Part shown: positions 50,245 through 56,901 of the stretch, one piece after another
Layout: every line of letters begins with the position of its first letter
Numbering within the stretch: position 1 is the first letter of the stretch
Assembly: GCA_018398765.1 (NCBI GenBank)
Contig: JAHBMJ010000107.1
Location: 1 to 56,901, forward strand
Direction: 5' to 3'
Length of the DNA stretch: 56,901 nucleotides
DNA from: Chromera velia
Taxonomy: Eukaryota
The notes under the pieces: model-generated
What the model was told of the DNA's origin: nothing
Seen by the model: only the letters and a program-made list of their open reading frames with translations
Databases searched by the model: none
Made by a program: the position numbers and the translations under genes

Positions 50245-52268
50245 GAGGAGAATCAAGTTTGCGTAGTCACTCAAAATCTTACGTCGTTTGTTCATCCGGG
50301 AGTTGGGGTTAATAGAGGAGGGGGACGGAATGCGGAATTTTTTGCGATGTGCGGACCGATTATGTATGCATGCATAAACTAATCTTGCCGAGCTTTCCTA
50401 CTTTATGTTTACAAATTAAAGCATTGTTGCTGAGGCTACCCTTGTTCACTTTAAACAGGCTTGAACTGAAACCTAGATATTCCTGGGGTGTTTCCTAGGG
50501 TGTTTCACTCAGTAACTCAGTGATTCAAACTAGGTTTGCCAGGTTTGGAACTGTTGGGGTACAAATAAAAAGACAGGTGAGATTGATTCATAATTTTAAA
50601 TGCATTAATTGAACAAAGGCTTTTATTAAGGCTTTCACATACATCAAGACTTAGATATAGAAACTTAATACGTGTTTGATTCTATATGATTTGATCATTA
50701 TCAATAATGTAATTCATTAAAAAAGTATTGCAAAACATTCGTTTAATATCAACTAGACGCCGCCCATAGCGCCGCACATAAAAAAGAAAAAAATATAGGG
50801 TTCCCTTATTTCTGTTTTCAAAAAAAAAATTAAAAGTTACAGATACACACTAAGATACACAACCTCTGTGGAAATGTAAGTTTAAGAGTCGAACGTAACT
50901 TTTTTCCAGCCCTTTTGGGAGCATTTGAAATTTTTAAAAAAAGTTTAAAAAGAAAAAAGAAATTGACATGTCTAACTTTTTAAGACATGTCTATCTTTTT
51001 AATGTCGAAAGTTAGATACACATGAGTAACAAATCTTTTATGCGGAAAAATGAATGAATTGATTGGTTAAAGCCGGGGAGCCACCACTTAGCGCCTCTGA
51101 CCAGTTTATGAGTCAAAAAAGTTTTTTTTCCCTTTTTGGAGCACTTGAAAAAAAAAAAATGATGTCTCCATTGGTTTTTCTTCTCTGTGTGGCGCCTAGG
51201 CAATCCATAATTATGCTATAGATAGCTATAGATAGTCATATCTGTGTTCTTTTTGCATGGACCTAGCGAGTGATAGTGTCACAGTGTTAGTGATTTATTT
51301 AGTGCTTTAGATAGAGGGTACTGTTCTAGGTACTGTTACACACTGTCATTGTTTTGTCAGACAAAGCCTGCGATTCATTCTATCCTGTTCTTTCTAAGCT
51401 TTCTTAAGTTGTCTGAAAGGAGACCAGTGGGCTACTGTCTAGCATTGTTTCTCACTTCAGGAGAGAACTTGTAGACAGGCTCACGTGTATCCTATCTTTC
51501 TTCTGCGGCATTCTGCCTATCTCCACATTTTTTTACTGGGACAAAGGTTCTTCCTAAAGCTTGAAAAGTACCCATCTAATTATATTTTACAAATTAATTT
51601 AACTCTCTAAGACGCGTGCATGAAAATGAAAGTTTGCCCCCCCCCAATCTTCGCTGCAAACGAAATAGTTCAACAACAAGGTGCAACACCATTCCCGCCA
51701 GCCCATACACGTACACCGCAATACAGGCCTGCAAGGCATCGGTTGGTTCTGTGGGGGAGTGTACAGAGGAGGGATCTTGAATGATGATAGTTTTGTTTGT
51801 TTTTAAATTGCGTTCCGGGCCTGGGTGGTACGTACACAGTGATACCGCAGGTAGTGGACCTTCTGCTGCTTCTTTTGGCTCCTTCAGGGTGTAGGGAAAG
51901 ATTGACGTGTGCATATGTCACTGCGGCCTCCCATCAGGCCTTCCTATAGGAATCCAGGCAAAAAACCTAGCTGCGTGACCGTACGTTGCCTTCTATATAG
52001 AATGTGTCGCTACGAGTCGTTTAGAGACACGCAGCGACAATCTCCCTGTACTCGAATGAGTTGGACCAACGGTCCTTCCTTGGATTCACTCTTCGGCGCC
52101 CACCCTGAACTGCCACGTGCAGGAAAACGGCCATCATGACTTACTGATATAAATTCTCGCGGATGTTACGTGAACTTTAACGGTTCTGCTGATGAACGTC
52201 GTTTCTTTTTTTCATACAGTTCTTCTTCTTGTTTTTTGCTGTCCCAAGGCACATGACAGGGAGAGATG

Positions 52269-52269
<1 letters not shown>

Positions 52270-52316
<47 letters not shown>

Positions 52317-52321
52317 GACAG

Positions 52322-52354
<33 letters not shown>

Positions 52355-52400
52355 TAGACAGACAAAGAGAGAGAGAGACAGACAGACAGAGACGAGATAG
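52270..52400. repeat. (GACA/GACG)n microsatellite
   Basis: Directly visible. Confidence 0.9.
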
Positions 52401-52449
52401 ACCTTAAGAGGGCAGGAAGTAAGAGAAGGCTTCGGGATGGACTTTGCAC

Positions 52450-54143
52450 TAACTATGTAGAGAGGCCTACGGAGAGGACTACCGATCTAAGACTTTCTCT
52501 ACGAATCACAAATCAGTCCCTGGATATTGCAAGGCGCTGAGCAAGAGAACGAGGCTAGCGCCAAGCCCCGCGCTCAGAAGGAGAGGCCTAATCACACCGT
52601 GGATGACCAGGAGACCCAGGACGGTGGTGCCAAGCTATGCTAGGTCTGCGGGTCTGACTGGGAAGTTGAGGGCGAAGGAAAGGAGGTAGAAAACACAGAA
52701 AAGAATCCAGAAGACACAGAGACAGAAACCACCAACAGATCTTTGGTGATTTGTCCAAAGCCACCATGCTCGATAGGCCTCTGGAAGAACCCATTTCTTT
52801 GAGGCTGTATAAACCGATGTCTCTAATTGGATTTCAGCCTCTGGGGTAATATGATGATCCCCCCCTTCGTCACCTAGAACACCGCTGTGATGACCCACTT
52901 TCTTTCTCCTCCAGTCAACCAGGATGGTGACGGCCTCCTTCCTATGACGCGAACGGGGAAGGAGGGATTGAACAGCATTTATGGTGATGCGTTTCGGCAC
53001 TTTGTCACTTTCCTCAGTGACGCCCCTTTTCAGACAACAACACTTTCCACCTTCCTCTCCAGGTCTGTAAGTGGAAAGTGTCGACTGCCAGAAGTAATTC
53101 GCATCCTCAACTGTCACCCTCCCACCCTTTCTGGCCTTCTCACTTAAATTCTTCAGCATTGCCACTGCGGGAGTGCGCGGCCGCAGGAGGAAGTCTGTCA
53201 ACGCGCTGATCGGCAGAGCGAGGCCGTAGATCAAAAAGGCAGCCAGAATTGTTCGCCCCGTCAATATGGACACGACGGCGGACAGCATGTCCAAGACCCC
53301 ATGCATATCTTAGCTGATCTCGGGTGTGTCCTCGCTGAGCACTCCAAAGAAGAGTGCAAGGAGGAAGAGGTAGGAGAATACAGACGTCCAGGAGATCAGC
53401 ACTGCAGTCGATCTGGGAATGAGTGTGTCCGCGTGTGTGTTGGAATCCCTACCGAGGAGAGATGTCTGAAGAGGTCTGAGGAAGAGTCGGGCTGCCAGAT
53501 AAGCAGCACTCCAGCCAAAAGGGCGAACCGTGCACATGCAACCGCATTCGAACATAAACAGACACATGGGTCAAGCGAACATCACTTTGACGAAGCACGC
53601 TTTTGTATTTATCTGATGAACGTGCATGATGGGAATGACCACCTGACGCACGCAAGGAGACGCACGTGCATGACCCAGCGCCTTTCTGAGGCAAGACGGA
53701 AACACGCTCTCGGCAAAGGCCAGGGCAAGACACTCTATGGTTCTATATGGTAAGGAACTGCCGACACACGCACCCACCCACCTGCACATGTCTTCTTCCA
53801 ATTGCTTCTGTAAATTTGACCATACAGGCATCGATCGCAGAGAAGCAGCCTGGTCGCGCTAAGCCTTCCATTGTAACAAGTGATTCGCTATCTGACAAAG
53901 GATCTGATTGGCCTCTCTGCTCTCATCCACACGATGCGCCTGCGCTCTCCCTTTTTTGAAGGATTCCCCCTCGACTACCGCCCTCTTCTCTGCTCGAGAC
54001 TCCAGAAGGAGTGGGAACACAGGCTGTTTGTCGTCCCTCCTCCACTGCATTTGTTGATCTTCTGGACACTCTGGTTCGCTTTTCTGTTTGATGGACAATG
54101 CTTTTCCCGGGATCTCTCGTGGCCCATCACCTCCGTGCCCTGG
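52450..54143 (-). pseudogene. Disabled multipass membrane-protein segment (resembles C-terminal membrane region of large receptor-like proteins)
   Basis: One hydrophobic frame (SWTSVFSYLFLLALFFG..TILAAFLIYGLALP..FCLCVFWILFCVFYLLSF..LGTTVLGLLVIHGVIRPLLL) reads through in-frame TAA (53312-53310), TAG (52637-52635) and TGA (52508-52506). Upstream 54143-53785 also has stops in every frame. Confidence 0.65.
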
Positions 54144-54712
54144 CTAGCTTTCTATAATTGCCTCACTGCTCTCATCCACTAAAAAGTCCCCGGAATTCTC
54201 AGCATCGTTCATGCAAGCAATCTCTTCTTCAGTCACCGGCAGGGCGTTTTTGATGTCCAGACCCACGATGCCACTCGAAGCCTGTGTGCATCTCATAAAG
54301 AGATGCAGAAAAGAACAGCAGGGTGTCTCCTCGAGGAGATCCACGCTTCCCTCTGAGGAGGTGGTCACTCCTTTGAGAGAAAAGCCGATGGACCCGTCGA
54401 TGTCCGTCACCGAGTAGGTCCCGCTAAATGTGGAAGAGGATTTGCCGAAAAAGACGTGCAGCGTCCCGGTGCCTGCACACAGTCACTTAAGCATACAAAG
54501 GCCTACCCACTCTCTCTGTCTCTTTCTCTCTCTCCCTTCCTCTTACACACGGGCGTACACACGCTTGCTTCAAGCACGCACACGCTCGAAAAAACAAACA
54601 AACAGACAGACAGACAGATCGAGGGGCTGAGGATTGAGTGGGTCTACAAACAGATAAAAAGCTGGAAATGCAAGAGAGCTAAATCTGTGGGGGCAAACGA
54701 GGGCTTACAAAC

Positions 54713-54782
<70 letters not shown>

Positions 54783-54840
54783 AACAAACACACACAAACA
54801 AACACACACAAACACACACAAACACACACAAACACACACA

Positions 54841-54881
<41 letters not shown>

Positions 54882-55864
54882 CCTTTCGTTGACCAGACGG
54901 CCCGACTGTTTGTTTTGCCATTCCATGGAAGGCTCAGTTTTTTATCATGCTCTGTCCGTATGAGCTGATCTGATTTTTAGCCGAAAACCGCATGAATTCC
55001 TTCCGGTGGACAAGCGACACAAAGAATGAATTCACCCACCCAGAGTCGCCATGCAGTTCTCAGTTGCAGGTTGCTAGTCAGATCGCCCACTCTTTTCCCC
55101 ACCGACAAACAAACTTGCTCCTTCATTCGATTTCTCAGTCCCTCCCCTTGCCCTTGTTTCCCTCACTGCATATCACTCTCTTACCGTCCATGAAGGCCGG
55201 CATGAGAATGTCCTTGATGCCGTCGTTGTTGACGTCAAAGTTCCCCGCCACTTCTCGCCCCAATTGGTTATTCGCTTGTCCGTTGATTCGAAAACCGATG
55301 ACACCATCCAGCAACGAACTCGAGACTACAACGGGAGAACTCCATGAGCTCTTTCCGAAGTAGACCCCTACTGCTCCTGCCGATGACCCGCCCGTCGCTA
55401 CATTCATCAGGAACACTCAGATGGTCTTGCAGGAAGCAGCGCATTCTACCCCCCCCATTGCCCCCGAACTCATTGCCGAATTCCAGCAACCACCAACCTT
55501 TTTTTTAAGCCACAACGCATGGATTTCGCGCCCCAAGACTTTGCCACCACCCACAGCTTACTTGCAACACATGCAGATTTAGAGACTGCCAAATTTCATT
55601 CCGTGAAAAGAAAAGTCCTTCAGCTGCACCTGTGGAATCTTTGACAGCAGCACGGATGTGTAGAAGCAGAAGACACGTGAAAGAGCCGACAAGCGCATGA
55701 ATGTGGCCGCTGTCAAGGGAGACAGACAGACAGACAGACAGAGAGACATATGGATAGATAGGTAGATCGGTAGAAAGGCTCCCAGACAGTCTGATAGGCA
55801 GACGTACAACAGAAGGACAGATGGACAGTTACTTAGATGGGCAAATTGACCGGGCACAAAAGAA

Positions 55865-55896
<32 letters not shown>

Positions 55897-55914
55897 AAAA
55901 AACAAAAAAAGAAA

Positions 55915-55946
<32 letters not shown>

Positions 55947-56182
55947 AAAAAAGAAAAAAGAAAGAAAGAAAGAAAGAAAGAAAGAACGAACGAACGAACG
56001 AAAGAAAGAAAGAAAGAAAGAAAAAAAAAAAAAAGAAAGAAAGAAAGAAAGAAGGAAGGAAGGAAGGAAGGAAAGAAAGAAAGAAAGAAAAGAAAGAAAG
56101 AAAGAAAGAAAGAAAGAAAAAGAAAGAAAGAAAGAAAGAAACAAACAAAGAAAGAAAGAAAGAAAGAAAAGAAAGAAAAGAA

Positions 56183-56230
<48 letters not shown>

Positions 56231-56494
56231 AGAAAGAGAGGCAAGCGAACAGAAAAGGAAAAAGGTGAACGTACGTACTGTCTGAATAAAGTGAGAAAAC
56301 CACGTCGTCGATTCCGTCTCCATTCATGTCTCCAGCATTAGCGAGCCGAGTCCCCAACTGAAAGCCGCTGTTCCCAGACTCCTCAAAGATCACTCCGTCG
56401 GTCCCGCTTAGCGTCGTCACGCTGATTGATGCGGGCCATGTGGACCTGCCAAAGATTACGTAGAACTCCCCGTTGTTGGTGGCCGCGTTCACGT
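54144..56494 (-). CDS. FG-GAP (integrin-alpha/GPI-PLD-type beta-propeller) repeat protein, partial; 5' part upstream or outside window, 3' end truncated
   Basis: In-phase exons 56494-56279, 55397-55185, 54472-54144. Motifs GEFYVIFG..QLGTRLANAGDMNGDGIDDVV, GAVGVYFG..QLGREVAGNFDVNNDGIKDIL and GTLHVFFG, with DxNxDGxxD Ca-binding loops. Confidence 0.8.
54714..54880. repeat. (CA)n(GA)n microsatellite in intron
   Basis: Directly visible. Confidence 0.9.
55858..56240. repeat. (AAAG)n/(GA)n purine microsatellite in intron
   Basis: Directly visible. Confidence 0.92.
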
Positions 56495-56832
56495 CTGCAC
56501 GGTGCATGGGATATATGTCGAAGTAATTTTGCACGTGCGTCAGACACTCGAGAACTGTATACAGCAATGTACACTCATTCCCTTTTGCCGACCTCGCCGA
56601 AGGACTCTGCTCTACTCCTTTGAGCGAGAAGATCCCCACCCATCGCTTTCTGAAGATTCACTCAATCGATGAATGAATGCGTCATGGCTTTTGTACCTCG
56701 TCTCCTCTTGCTGTCTGGCTGCACGTGTATCGGGGCATGTCATTGAGGACAAGAGGCACCAGAAAGAAAGACCATCCTCCACACTGTGGACAGGTGGGCG
56801 GTGGGGCAGGCGGAGGGATCTGCCGACGGACA

Positions 56833-56863
<31 letters not shown>

Positions 56864-56901
56864 GCACGCACAGAGAGAGAGAAAGAGAGAGAGAGAGGGG
56901 G

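Noticed and set aside
52450..54146. TAA/TAG reassignment or programmed readthrough explaining the in-frame stops
   Set aside because: Intact genes here end on TAA (Prx, membrane protein), TAG (secreted protein) and TGA (DDX1, SEL1); pseudogenisation is simpler.
55579..56323. K/E/R-rich and F/L/S-rich ORFs (similarly at 10345-10970 and 40242-40556)
   Set aside because: Translations of microsatellites.

Overview
Eukaryotic, intron-rich nuclear DNA. It most likely comes from an alveolate with a complex plastid, and its style fits a chromerid such as Chromera velia. This is inferred from the bipartite plastid leader, microsatellite-filled GT-AG introns and AT-rich intergenic blocks. Genes I could reconstruct by hand: a PB1-like/low-complexity gene (-), an intronless plastid-targeted Prx5-type peroxiredoxin (+), an 18-exon SEL1-repeat protein (-), a single-exon P/Q-rich ORF (+), a 3-exon secreted Cys-containing protein (-), a 6-exon multipass membrane protein (+), DDX1 (+), and FG-GAP-repeat exons (-) that run into a nonsense-riddled membrane-protein pseudogene. 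Intergenic DNA holds two non-autonomous LTR retroelements with TSD/PBS/PPT, several MITE/foldback elements and minisatellites. Three signals stand out. (1) Repeat copies differ almost only by C->T/G->A transitions, often CpA->TpA, which resembles fungal RIP. (2) A 12-mer, GGCCCCGGAAAG, occurs exactly 11 times, sits 300-550 bp upstream of most gene starts and also lies inside LTRs. (3) An 85-bp intronic array multiplies a real splice donor and could create in-frame 6-nt microexons. All coordinates and counts were made by eye and need computational confirmation.
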